A stretch of 57,902 bases of DNA from Octopus bimaculoides (Eukaryota): assembly GCF_001194135.2 (NCBI RefSeq), contig NC_068989.1, positions 70,447,888-70,505,789 on the forward strand, given 5' to 3'. The translations under genes were made by a program, and so were the position numbers. Each line of letters opens with the position of its first letter. Within the stretch, counting starts at the first letter, position 1. Below the pieces are notes generated by a model. That model was not told the origin of the DNA and made no database searches. It was given only the letters and a program-made list of their open reading frames with translations. Below are positions 52,001-57,902 of this stretch, piece by piece.

Positions 52001-52588
52001 TAGCATGGGTTAGATAAATATATTGAGGCCATTGATTTTTTTTTACAGTTGGATGCTCTTCCTGTTGCTAACTTTCACCTATTTTTCAAAGGATATCTTA
52101 TTCCACACGGTCAGCAGATAACCCACAACAGAGGAAATGACAACAATGTCACTTCCTCATGAAATGCTGAGTGATTTTTCAGAGAATCCTAAATGTAAAC
52201 AAATACGCACACAGAGGCTTCTTTTAGTTTCCATCTACTAAATCCATTCACAAGGCTTCCTTGGTTGGACATCTAAATTAATGCTCAGTGGAACTGAACC
52301 TGAAACCATGTGGTTGGGAAGTAACCACCTAAAAATTGAGCCCAATGGCATGATTATGGAGTTTTAAATCTCAGTGTAATCACAGGTTTCGCACTGCCTC
52401 TATAGTATTTGTCTTATCACATGCTAGCATGGAAAAAAAAATGAAAGCATTTATATTTTACATGCACTAAATATTTCAATCACATTATGTAAACCTTTTT
52501 GTTTCAGCTTATTTCCCTCATACGGCAAGGAGGAAGCAAGAAGAACATTGCAAGGAAAACACTTGTAGATAGACGCTTTCTGATTTAA
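1824..52588 (+). CDS. TMEM67: Meckelin (transmembrane protein 67, MKS3), complete 21-exon gene model, 982 aa
   Basis: The joined exons give one open frame ATG(1824) to TAA(52588), 2949 nt. It has a signal peptide, a Cys-rich domain and the meckelin motifs CQSLGNMCV, KWVLTRRFFLVD, DMFFIDWEKPK, WRVLFVANEWVEIQ, FYERFIED, YYIHGRSVHGKADTN and C-terminal KTLVDRRFLI*. Confidence 0.97.
2020..2028 (+). promoter_or_regulatory. GC-type 5' splice site of intron 1 (ATG|GCAAGT)
   Basis: Exon 2 requires phase 1, and positions +3 to +6 match the consensus AAGT. Confidence 0.85.
3470..3740 (+). mobile_element. SINE family 'B/C' (bipartite, central TA/TG microsatellite)
   Basis: AAAGCCTTGTG..GGAAACTGAAAGAAGCCC head end, a microsatellite, then the 'C' tail. 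Confidence 0.8.
4087..4175 (+). CDS. TMEM67: TMEM67 exon 2 (GLFCVCNPGY...KCGANQ)
   Basis: TTGTAG acceptor, CAG|GTAAGT donor, 89 nt, CVC.PG Cys-rich motif. Confidence 0.95.
5479..5575 (+). CDS. TMEM67: TMEM67 exon 3 (VTSEDGWSCVYC...GKNIT)
   Basis: TTTACAG acceptor, CAG|GTAAAA donor, 97 nt, EDGW.C..C motif. Confidence 0.95.
5807..6026. mobile_element. piggyBac-type MITE (TTAA TSD, CCCTTTAGCATT...AATGCTAAGGGG TIR)
   Basis: TTAA at 5803-5806 and 6027-6030. Further copies at about 17948-18172 and 50024-50240. Confidence 0.85.
6580..7350 (-). mobile_element. Helitron fragment with Pif1-helicase C-terminal coding remnant
   Basis: ORF 6837-7283(-) contains LCNGTKL, FIPHIP, FKQLQFP..LSFAMSIN..QGQ.L and PCFSYG.LYV (Helitron helicase motifs). 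3' end is a CCCG..CGG hairpin, then CTAG|T at 6583-6579. TCTATATATATAAAA-type 5' heads lie near 7243 and 7340. Confidence 0.88.
7888..8105. mobile_element. mariner-derived MITE inserted into another MITE (fragments at about 7800-7885 and 8106-8210)
   Basis: TIR GAGGTGCTGAAAAGTTCCTGGCTTT / AAAGCTAGGAACTTTTCAGCACCCC, preceded by TA. Other copies at 49597-49815 and 33882-36287 (split). Confidence 0.82.
8687..8792 (+). CDS. TMEM67: TMEM67 exon 4 (VERKLDG...CVPCKGS...EKNR); GC donor
   Basis: ATACAG acceptor, VER..DG motif, 106 nt. Exon 5 needs a phase-2 donor, and the only one available before the in-frame stop is CAG|GCATGT. Confidence 0.88.
8790..8798 (+). promoter_or_regulatory. GC-type 5' splice site of intron 4 (CAG|GCATGT)
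   Basis: Exon 5 requires phase 2. No phase-2 GT exists before the in-frame TAA, and the exon ends in consensus CAG. Confidence 0.83.
10252..10324 (+). CDS. TMEM67: TMEM67 exon 5 (RCVRCTQ...CTCPRSNK)
   Basis: CTTTTAG acceptor, AAG|GTAATG donor, 73 nt, RCVRC and C.C motifs. Confidence 0.95.
10670..10945 (+). mobile_element. tRNA-derived SINE family 'D'
   Basis: A-box TGGCTCAATGATTAGAGC, B-box-like TTCGACTCC, TTGAGCAAGACACTT core. Copies at 14100-14425(-), 20520-20850(-) and 51390-51700(+). Confidence 0.85.
11225..11293 (+). CDS. TMEM67: TMEM67 exon 6 (VGDFCFQKK...YIRLS)
   Basis: Long pyrimidine tract plus CAG, AGT|GTAAGA donor, 69 nt, G..CF motif. Confidence 0.88.
11812..11856 (+). ncRNA. 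Degenerate hammerhead relic
   Basis: ACTTTA-CTGATGA-GGTC(ATAATAA)GACT-GAAG...TAGAGT. Stems I and II pair, but GAAA and stem III are broken. Confidence 0.35.
12336..12401 (+). CDS. TMEM67: TMEM67 exon 7 (SDDLVESHLLRQNLIISYGMCH)
   Basis: TTTTTCTTCCAG acceptor, CAT|GTTTGT donor, 66 nt in phase 0-0. Matches the S...L......C segment. Confidence 0.85.
12420..13450 (-). mobile_element. Two tandem SINE 'B/C' copies
   Basis: 12420-12830 and 13015-13450 share head, microsatellite and tail. Confidence 0.85.
15560..15677 (+). ncRNA. Putative type-I minimal hammerhead ribozyme (Penelope-like-element type)
   Basis: CTGAGGA (15572-78), 10-bp stem II GGCACATTTT/AAAATGTGTT, GAAA (15656-59), palindromic stem III ACAATTGT, GTA cleavage triplet (15665-67), partly paired stem I. 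Confidence 0.65.
16739..16911 (+). CDS. TMEM67: TMEM67 exon 8 (ASYYNSTACQSLGNMCVLL...EVSDW)
   Basis: TTTATAG acceptor, TTG|GTAAGT donor, 173 nt, hallmark N.TACQ.LGNMCV. Confidence 0.97.
18216..18459 (+). CDS. TMEM67: TMEM67 exon 9 (WPYNMPWLYY...GGVLQLC...FGTTYSSK)
   Basis: TTACAG acceptor, AAG|GTAGGA donor, 244 nt, PWL.Y, GGVLQLC and FGTTY motifs. Confidence 0.97.
18842..18905 (+). CDS. TMEM67: TMEM67 exon 10 (CYLKIRDLFDNQTYPLIFYDL/Y); U12 donor
   Basis: TTTTATTTCAG acceptor, 64 nt, P.IFYD motif. Ends phase 1 at T|GTATCCTTT, and read-through hits TGA. Confidence 0.92.
19679..20210 (+). mobile_element. Putative non-autonomous Helitron
   Basis: A|TCTACAATAATAAAAATGAAATTCTGTCAGTC start resembles the Helitron heads at 7200-7340(-). 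Ends CCGCA..TGCGG, then CTAG|T. Confidence 0.5.
24337..25012. mobile_element. Tc1-type MITE nested in a SINE 'B/C' (24170-25290) and itself carrying an RTE-tail element (about 24510-24800, -)
   Basis: TA|CAGTTGTGGCCAAAAGTTTGGAACATT at 24335, inverted copy AATGTTCCAGACTTTTGACCACGACT at 24986-25011. SINE head is upstream and SINE tail downstream. Confidence 0.8.
25865..25960 (+). CDS. TMEM67: TMEM67 exon 11 (YLRYTHNSEDRLYAVPIVIEN...VNK/E)
   Basis: Preceded by U12 branch site TTCCTTAAT and AG. 96 nt, YL.YT and AVP motifs, AAG|GTCTGT donor. Confidence 0.93.
27230..27425 (+). repeat. Degenerate minisatellite, about 40-bp unit, about 5 copies
   Basis: Recurrent GACCAAG.C.TAACAA....TCATTGTT. Confidence 0.65.
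28445..28528 (+). CDS. TMEM67: TMEM67 exon 12 (EQVDKWVLTRRFFLVDNVS...KPGN/V)
   Basis: TTTTCAG acceptor, KW.LTRR.FLVD motif, ATG|GTGTGT donor (phase 1, as exon 13 requires), 84 nt. Confidence 0.93.
30884..31035 (+). CDS. TMEM67: TMEM67 exon 13 (VYVNNYVRFAQ...NGLIYPPYLKILY...KNVP)
   Basis: CTCTTACAG acceptor, NG.IYPP motif, CCG|GTTTGT donor, 152 nt. Confidence 0.92.
31963..32217 (+). CDS. TMEM67: TMEM67 exon 14 (IIFKSEY...first TM helices...LLFFK)
   Basis: CCTTTTTCAG acceptor, AAA|GTAAGT donor, 255 nt, hydrophobic helices, W.KR and G.GIY.L.FFK motifs. Confidence 0.96.
32289..33180 (-). mobile_element. Degenerate mariner transposase (DD34D) fragment
   Basis: Minus-strand motifs WVPHKL, IVTGDKKW, LHPHKV, FHQDNA and YSPDIAPSDYHLF with frameshifts. 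One TIR (TA|TTGGATCATCCCATAAATAATG) at about 32287. Confidence 0.9.
33369..33792 (+). CDS. TMEM67: TMEM67 exon 15 (QQNTVIILPM...FFIDWEKPK...ANEW...LLV/A)
   Basis: TCTTTCAG acceptor, TTG|GTAAGT donor, 424 nt, strongest meckelin motifs. Confidence 0.97.
33989..36167 (+). mobile_element. 5'-truncated, decayed RTE-clade LINE (RT, PHD finger, 3' UTR with tandem units and (GAT)n tail) inserted in a mariner MITE
   Basis: KTPGPSGI, NNYRGIKLL, QFGFVPGKSTTDAIF, DMEKAFDRVP, YADD (twice, through internal duplication), SFCYLG and LHGSERW motifs. Stops at 34905 and 35097. TSD-like GAGGGACCAGC (33978-88) and GAAGGACCACAGC (36168-80). MITE halves at 33882-33988 and 36168-36287. Confidence 0.93.
36514..36722 (+). 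CDS. TMEM67: TMEM67 exon 16 (AICQW...FYERFIED...HGRSVHGKADTN...REQ)
   Basis: TTTTCGTAG acceptor, CAG|GTAAGG donor, 209 nt. Confidence 0.97.
36740..36980. repeat. Polypyrimidine (C/T) low-complexity tract right after exon 16
   Basis: About 240 nt of almost exclusively C/T on the plus strand. Confidence 0.85.
38087..38209 (+). CDS. TMEM67: TMEM67 exon 17 (NDLCSERGLLPNTEQQSFEM...FKQ)
   Basis: CATCCAG acceptor, CAG|GTGAGT donor, 123 nt, LCS.RGL.PNT motif. Confidence 0.97.
38661..38704 (+). ncRNA. Degenerate minimal hammerhead motif
   Basis: TTGATGA (C3 mutated), GGCT/GGCT stem with wobbles, GAAA, palindrome ATGCAT, ATC triplet, then TGCCAT complementary to upstream ATAGTCA with mismatches. Confidence 0.45.
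39288..39386 (+). CDS. TMEM67: TMEM67 exon 18 (GGTRMENG...MNKYLSSFIDH)
   Basis: GTTTTAG acceptor, CAC|GTGAGT donor, 99 nt, MNK.L.SFIDH motif. Confidence 0.96.
39565..39850 (+). repeat. Degenerate tandem repeat, about 77-bp unit, 4 copies
   Basis: AATAACAAT..GGCCT.TCTCTCAACTAC..ATGG.CAGAATC unit starting at about 39569, 39647, 39723 and 39801. Confidence 0.75.
41040..41387 (+). mobile_element. Short RTE-tail element (3' UTR of the LINE above, ending in (GAT)n); many similar copies in the window
   Basis: GGCACGTAAAAGCACC units, TTAGGAAGGGCATCCAGC, CATGGAAAGCGGACGTTAAAC(GAT)n. Copies at about 2880-3060, 6300-6450(-), 17200-17410, 25980-26420(-), 29130-29280(-), 30450-30730, 47570-47700 and 49430-49565. 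Confidence 0.88.
42164..42266 (+). CDS. TMEM67: TMEM67 exon 19 (SLKDADYSVKDKTFLE...IFYN/D)
   Basis: CTTTTCTTTAG acceptor, ATG|GTAATG donor, 103 nt, DY..KDK..LE and IFYND motifs. Confidence 0.96.
45121..45263 (+). CDS. TMEM67: TMEM67 exon 20 (DNGHSF...VVDLIWQNFILAAALTY..S)
   Basis: Long pyrimidine tract plus CAG, TCA|GTAAGT donor, 143 nt. Confidence 0.97.
45370..47480 (+). repeat. Head-to-tail cluster of about 10 family-'A' SINEs separated by (ATT)n
   Basis: Heads (GGTGAGCTGGCAGAA-like) at about 45381, 45597, 45823, 45981, 46303, 46523, 46808, 47052 and 47361, a partial copy at 46125, and one inverted copy at about 47175-47270. Confidence 0.9.
52508..52588 (+). CDS. TMEM67: TMEM67 exon 21, terminal (LISLIRQGGSKKNIARKTLVDRRFLI*)
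   Basis: TTTGTTTCAG acceptor, 81 nt ending TAA, conserved C-terminal KTLVD.RFLI. Confidence 0.97.
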   Translation, partial: LISLIRQGGSKKNIARKTLVDRRFLI

Positions 52589-55500
52589 ATTCTGAAGACT
52601 ATTCACAGCCACTTTCAAGGAGGGTGCCTTGTTCAAACTCAAAACAAGTTTGTGGTGGTTGTATCAGTGACCAGTTCAATCTAGTCCTTGCTCCTCTTGA
52701 ATGTAAACTTTTTTTTTTTAGACAGGGAGCTTCTTATGTTTTGGTTTGAACTGAAAAAATTTCAACAGGCCACATTGATCTTGTGATATTTGAGAAGGAA
52801 AGAAAACAAACAAACATTTCAAACAAAAAGAAAGACGGACAGGATTGTGTTGCAAGATTCTCTGAACTTAAACTGAATAAGCATTCTATATGTGGTTGGT
52901 GAAAGGTTAAAAATATTTATTTACATGATGTAACAAACAATTTAACAAATTGCAATTGAAAAACGGTAAATTATATATGAATCAATATTCACTACTTAGT
53001 CATAGAATAGCTGATGGCCACAAGAGGACACTGATTCACATTGAATATATGTATATATATTTTTTATTTTTTGTATATAATATAGTTAAGAGAGAGAAGG
53101 TGACTGTTATACTGGTCTAAGGTTTAATTTACATATGTGTGTGTATGTTGGAGGAGGTTGTTATAATTGTATAACAATTTTCCCTGAAATGTGAATGTTT
53201 TTTTTTTTTTTTAAATATTACATTTACAATTATATTGTATAGTTTAGTGCCAAATCTATTTAAGATTCAAATATTGGAAAACTTAAGCTTTAAAAGTCTT
53301 GCATACAAGACTTATACATATATCTAAAAAAATCTGAAAGAAATGAAGTTATACTGACTTGAGCATTCAAACAAACTTTTTTTTTCTCTTCTTAATATAA
53401 AGAAAAAGTGATGAAATTGTTCAATTTAATTTTTTTAATCAACCATTATTTAAAAAAAAAATTAGGTAAATCTCTTGTACTAGTAAGATGAAAAGTGCCA
53501 ATCATTTTTCCTTTTCAAAGACTATGCATACTTTTCTATATATCTATTCATATCTAAATAAAAAAAAAATTTCAAGTTTGAAAGAATTTTTTTATTATTG
53601 GGAAAATAATGGTAAGAATTAACTAAAATGTTAAGCCTTGTTCTTTATGGCCATTCTATGTAATTGTCTTTTCTCATTCACATACATGCTGGTAAGGACA
53701 ACACTGTTGTTGACAACAAAATGAAACTAAAACCATGCATTTTGTTCTGTCATTTTTCCAAGATTAACATAACTTGAGGAAATTAATTTGAATTTCACTA
53801 GTTATTTTTCTACAACTATTTGTGTAGGAGGTTAAAAAAAAAAAAAAGTATTGTAGTGCATGTACTTAAACAGACCCATCTTCTGTCAACCAGTGAAGCA
53901 GATTTATTCTCTCTTGTGATCAAACACAGCTATTTTTTTTTTAATAAATAAAACTAAAAGACAATTTAAAATTTCACCACAAATCTTTATCACTGGGTAG
54001 CTTCTTGGTACTAGGTTTATTCTCTCTCTTACAGATCCTTATTGTTTTAACAATAGAGCAAGTCTCACCCGGAGGCATCCCTGAAATATGGAAAAGGATA
54101 AAAAAAAGAAAAATGCCCCTCACTCCATTTGCAAATCTGAAAACTTAATTCAGATTATTTTTTTTCCCCCTTTTTTTTAATTCATTCTGTACATTCTTTT
54201 TATAAAGTTCCATGTTCAAATTGTTTCAGATTTGTTTTGTTTTATTTATTTTTTTTTGCAATATATTTTTGGCTAGGATAAGAAATATGGAAACCAAGTC
54301 CAGTCTTTAAGGAATCGAATCAGTAAAACTTAATTCTTTCAGACTTTATTGTATTACTAATTGACTGCCAACCCTGACCAATATGGTCTCTTTTGGGCAG
54401 ATATTCATACAGACTTGGTTTTTTATTGTTTGTCCCTCCCCCACTCTCCATACTTAGGTAATAATTGTTCAGAGGCCCTTAACTTTTATATATATTTATT
54501 TATAACAAACTCTCCAAGCAAAGCTCTGTTCACTGATAAAATTGCAGTCACTATTTCCAACAGTTCTTATTTTTTTATAAAAAAGAAAGGTAATTTTAAC
54601 CTGACAAATTTTAAAAAAAAAATTTATTATTTTTTCTTTTTCAAACAAGTGTGACTTGTGTAGGTATTTTACATCAGAAATATCTGAAATGCGAAATCAT
54701 ACATAATCTAAAAGTAACTCACCAATAGACTAAGTATCGAAAGTTTAGAATCTTATCTGATGTTGTGTACCCTTTTAAGTCCTAACCCCTCTCCACTGAA
54801 TTTGACTGACAATAAATATACTGCTACACAAATCTGAAAGTCTAAAAAAATATATTTAGCAGTTTATCTATTCTTTCCAATGATATCATGGGTTGGATAG
54901 TTCTACAATATATATATATAAATTGTTGAATACATTATTTCAAACTAAGAGTGGTGGTAAATGTCTAAAGCTTAAAGGGTAATGAAAACTTTGTCAGATA
55001 TTGGATTAATTCCGGAAGCCAGAATCTATACAATCTATAAATAATAATTCAGATGTTGGCACAAGGCCAGTAATTTTAGGGGGGAGGGAGTAAGTTGATT
55101 ACATTGACCCCCAATACAAGGTGACTTTAGTGGTATTAGAACTTAGAATCTAAAGAGTTGGAAGAACTGCCACTAAGCACTTTTTCCAATGTACCAACGA
55201 TTCTGATGGCTTGCCACCTTAATAACAATATAACAACATGCTTAACAAATGAACTATTAAGTACTTAACATTTTGTAAAAAAAACAAAAACAAAAAAAAA
55301 AACTGCTGCCACTACATTCCCGGAACCCCACCAACAACCAATTCTAATTCGCTATGAATAGGCAAATGTTATTTTAATGTTGCCCAAATATATTTGTCCT
55401 TCACTGTTTTATGGAGAACTTCAGAAAATAAAACTGATTCTTTAATCTATAAACTGAAATATTTCAAATGTCCTCCAGAATTCAACTTCCAAAAGTTTGT

Positions 55501-57902
55501 TTTTAATATAGTATGGTAAAATTCATGTAATATGATCCAAATGCAAAGAACAGTTTCTAAGGTTATTTGCTTAATAAAAGGCTACTAAATACCTCCTCCA
55601 CAACTGTTATATAAATACATTTCAATCATTGGATAAAATTTATATATTAAAAAAAAAAAAAAAAATTGTTATTTAACAATAAAAAGATCAAGAAACCAAA
55701 AACAAGTACTCGTCTGTACTGAATTTCTAGTTTATGTAATTTTCCATATATATATATATATACCTATATATATATATATTTTAAAAAAAAATTGTTAATA
55801 TCAATTTGGGATTAGGAAAATCAAAAATGTAAAATATTGGAGAGAGAGAGAGAGAAAAAAATCACAATGTCTGTTGGGAACAGTGAAATTATTTGTACAT
55901 GACAAGAGCCAGCTTAAACAAGCTTCAGTTATAGATAATACATTGCAATAATAATAATTTAAAAAAAAAAAAAGGTCTTTGTATTTTGTAACAGCTTATT
56001 TTGTAAACAAGACTGATCTTGATNNNNNNNNNNNNNNNNNNNNNNNNNNNNNNNNNNNNNNNNNNNNNNNNNNNNNNNNNNNNNNNNNNNNNNNNNNNNN
56101 NNNNNNNNNNNNNNNNNNNNNNNNNNNNNNNNNNNNNNNNNNNNNNNNNNNNNNNNNNNNNNNNNNNNNNNNNNNNNNNNNNNNNNNNNNNNNNNNNNNN
56201 NNNNNNNNNNNNNNNNNNNNNNNNNNNNNNNNNNNNNNNNNNNNNNNNNNNNNNNNNNNNNNNNNNNNNNNNNNNNNNNNNNNNNNNNNNNNNNNNNNNN
56301 NNNNNNNNNNNNNNNNNNNNNNNNNNNNNNNNNNNNNNNNNNNNNNNNNNNNNNNNNNNNNNNNNNNNNNNNNNNNNNNNNNNNNNNNNNNNNNNNNNNN
56401 NNNNNNNNNNNNNNNNNNNNNNNNNNNNNNNNNNNNNNNNNNNNNNNNNNNNNNNNNNNNNNNNNNNNNNNNNNNNNNNNNNNNNNNNNNNNNNNNNNNN
56501 NNNNNNNNNNNNNNNNNNNNNNNNNNNNNNATATTTTTAAAGACGGTGGAGGACAGGGTAATAAGAGCTTATGTAGTGGGGTGGGGTAAAGGTAAAAGAA
56601 GACAATATAGATATCTTTGCTTATTGCTTTTAAATCTTTAAAATCCAAAGAGATTGGGGGGGGGGAGGAAGAATGAAGGAGGAGTAACAACAGGAGGAAA
56701 AAACCAACAAGAACGTCAATGGTATGAGGGTCTCTAGAAGGGGGTGGGGGGATGGAGATGGGAGTGGGGTTTGGTGAAAAAAAAAAGGAAAGAATGAAAG
56801 AAAGGAAAATAATAAAAAGACACTGCCCAATTAGTAAGGTACCTGCTGTTTTATCACAAATTAAGGCTTGCACTTTGTGGGGTTGGGATGCGGGATGGGA
56901 CGTGGAGGGGGAGAAGATTAGTTGAAGATGCCTTATTTAATTAAAATTCCACTTGAAGTTAAAAGATTCCAAAAACTCCAACATTACAGATGAGATCGCA
57001 CACCATCTATGATACTTGCCCAGCTAAAGAGTAACACTGATATATTATACATACATACATATATATATATATATACACACATATATATATTATATATACA
57101 TATATATGCTCACATTTATAGATATCTGAATATATTCACATACTCACACATCACATATGAATATATAAATGTACACCCATATCTAGATTTCTAAAAAAAT
57201 TTTTTCCCCCTTTTAAAGAAAATTATGAATGGGAGAGAAGGACTAACACAGATCCTTAGTATTTGTTAAAACTTCCTGTAAAATATGAAGCATAATCTGG
57301 GTAAGAGAAAGGGGGTGGGGAAAAATGATCGTTGTCATCATCATCAATATCATCATTGTTATCAGATGAAATGATGACAGGAAGGACAAGTCTAAGAATA
57401 GTAACTAATATTGTTTTTTTTTTGTTTCTTTAAGGAAAGAGAATGAAAAAGAAGAAAAACTAAAAAAATTTCAGACAATGTTGATTTTCGAAGAGACAAA
57501 ATGAAGACTTCTGGCTTTAAAAAATGCACTGATAGATTACAAGGGATGGGGGTAGGGAGTAAAGATGGGCTGGGAGCAGAAGATAAAGTTATGTAGATGT
57601 GTCAATTGACATGTTCTTTAGCCCAAACATAACCGAACCCATTTAACTGGTATGTCTAATGGTATATATATATATATAATTAAATCCAAACACATACTGT
57701 AGACCCAGATAGATGTATCCTACTTATATATATATCTGTAAATAATAGTCCAGACATACAAACAGGACTGACTATATTATTTCTAGTTGTTTCTCTTGTT
57801 TTTTCTCTATATTTTGGTTTTTTAGTTGAAGCCAAGGAATTTGCAAAGATAATCTTAAATCTTATTAAAAATATGTTTGTATCAGTCCATTTTTTTTTCA
57901 TT

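Noticed and set aside
55959-56873. Long ORFs at the right end
   Set aside because: They span an N gap and low-complexity purine-rich sequence.

Overview
AT-rich, repeat-dense animal genomic scaffold with N gaps. The repeat families and the TTAGGG motif suggest an octopus or other coleoid cephalopod (inference). The window holds one complete plus-strand gene, TMEM67/MKS3 (meckelin, a ciliary transition-zone protein). I reconstructed it by hand as 21 coding exons from 1824 to 52588: 2949 nt, 982 aa plus stop, with all splice phases consistent. Three of its 20 introns are non-standard: two GC-AG introns (1 and 4) and a 6959-nt GT-AG minor-spliceosome (U12) intron 10, which also contains a near-perfect decoy U12 acceptor. 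The introns are packed with tRNA-derived SINEs, RTE-LINE pieces, mariner, Tc1 and piggyBac MITEs and Helitron fragments, often nested. The most unusual observations are a 900-bp fold-back transposon carrying head-to-head TTAGGG/CCCTAA repeats just upstream of the start codon, three Penelope-type minimal hammerhead-ribozyme motifs, an RTE LINE with a PHD finger inside its RT, and a head-to-tail array of about 10 SINEs. Comparisons with human TMEM67 are from memory and need confirming by alignment.
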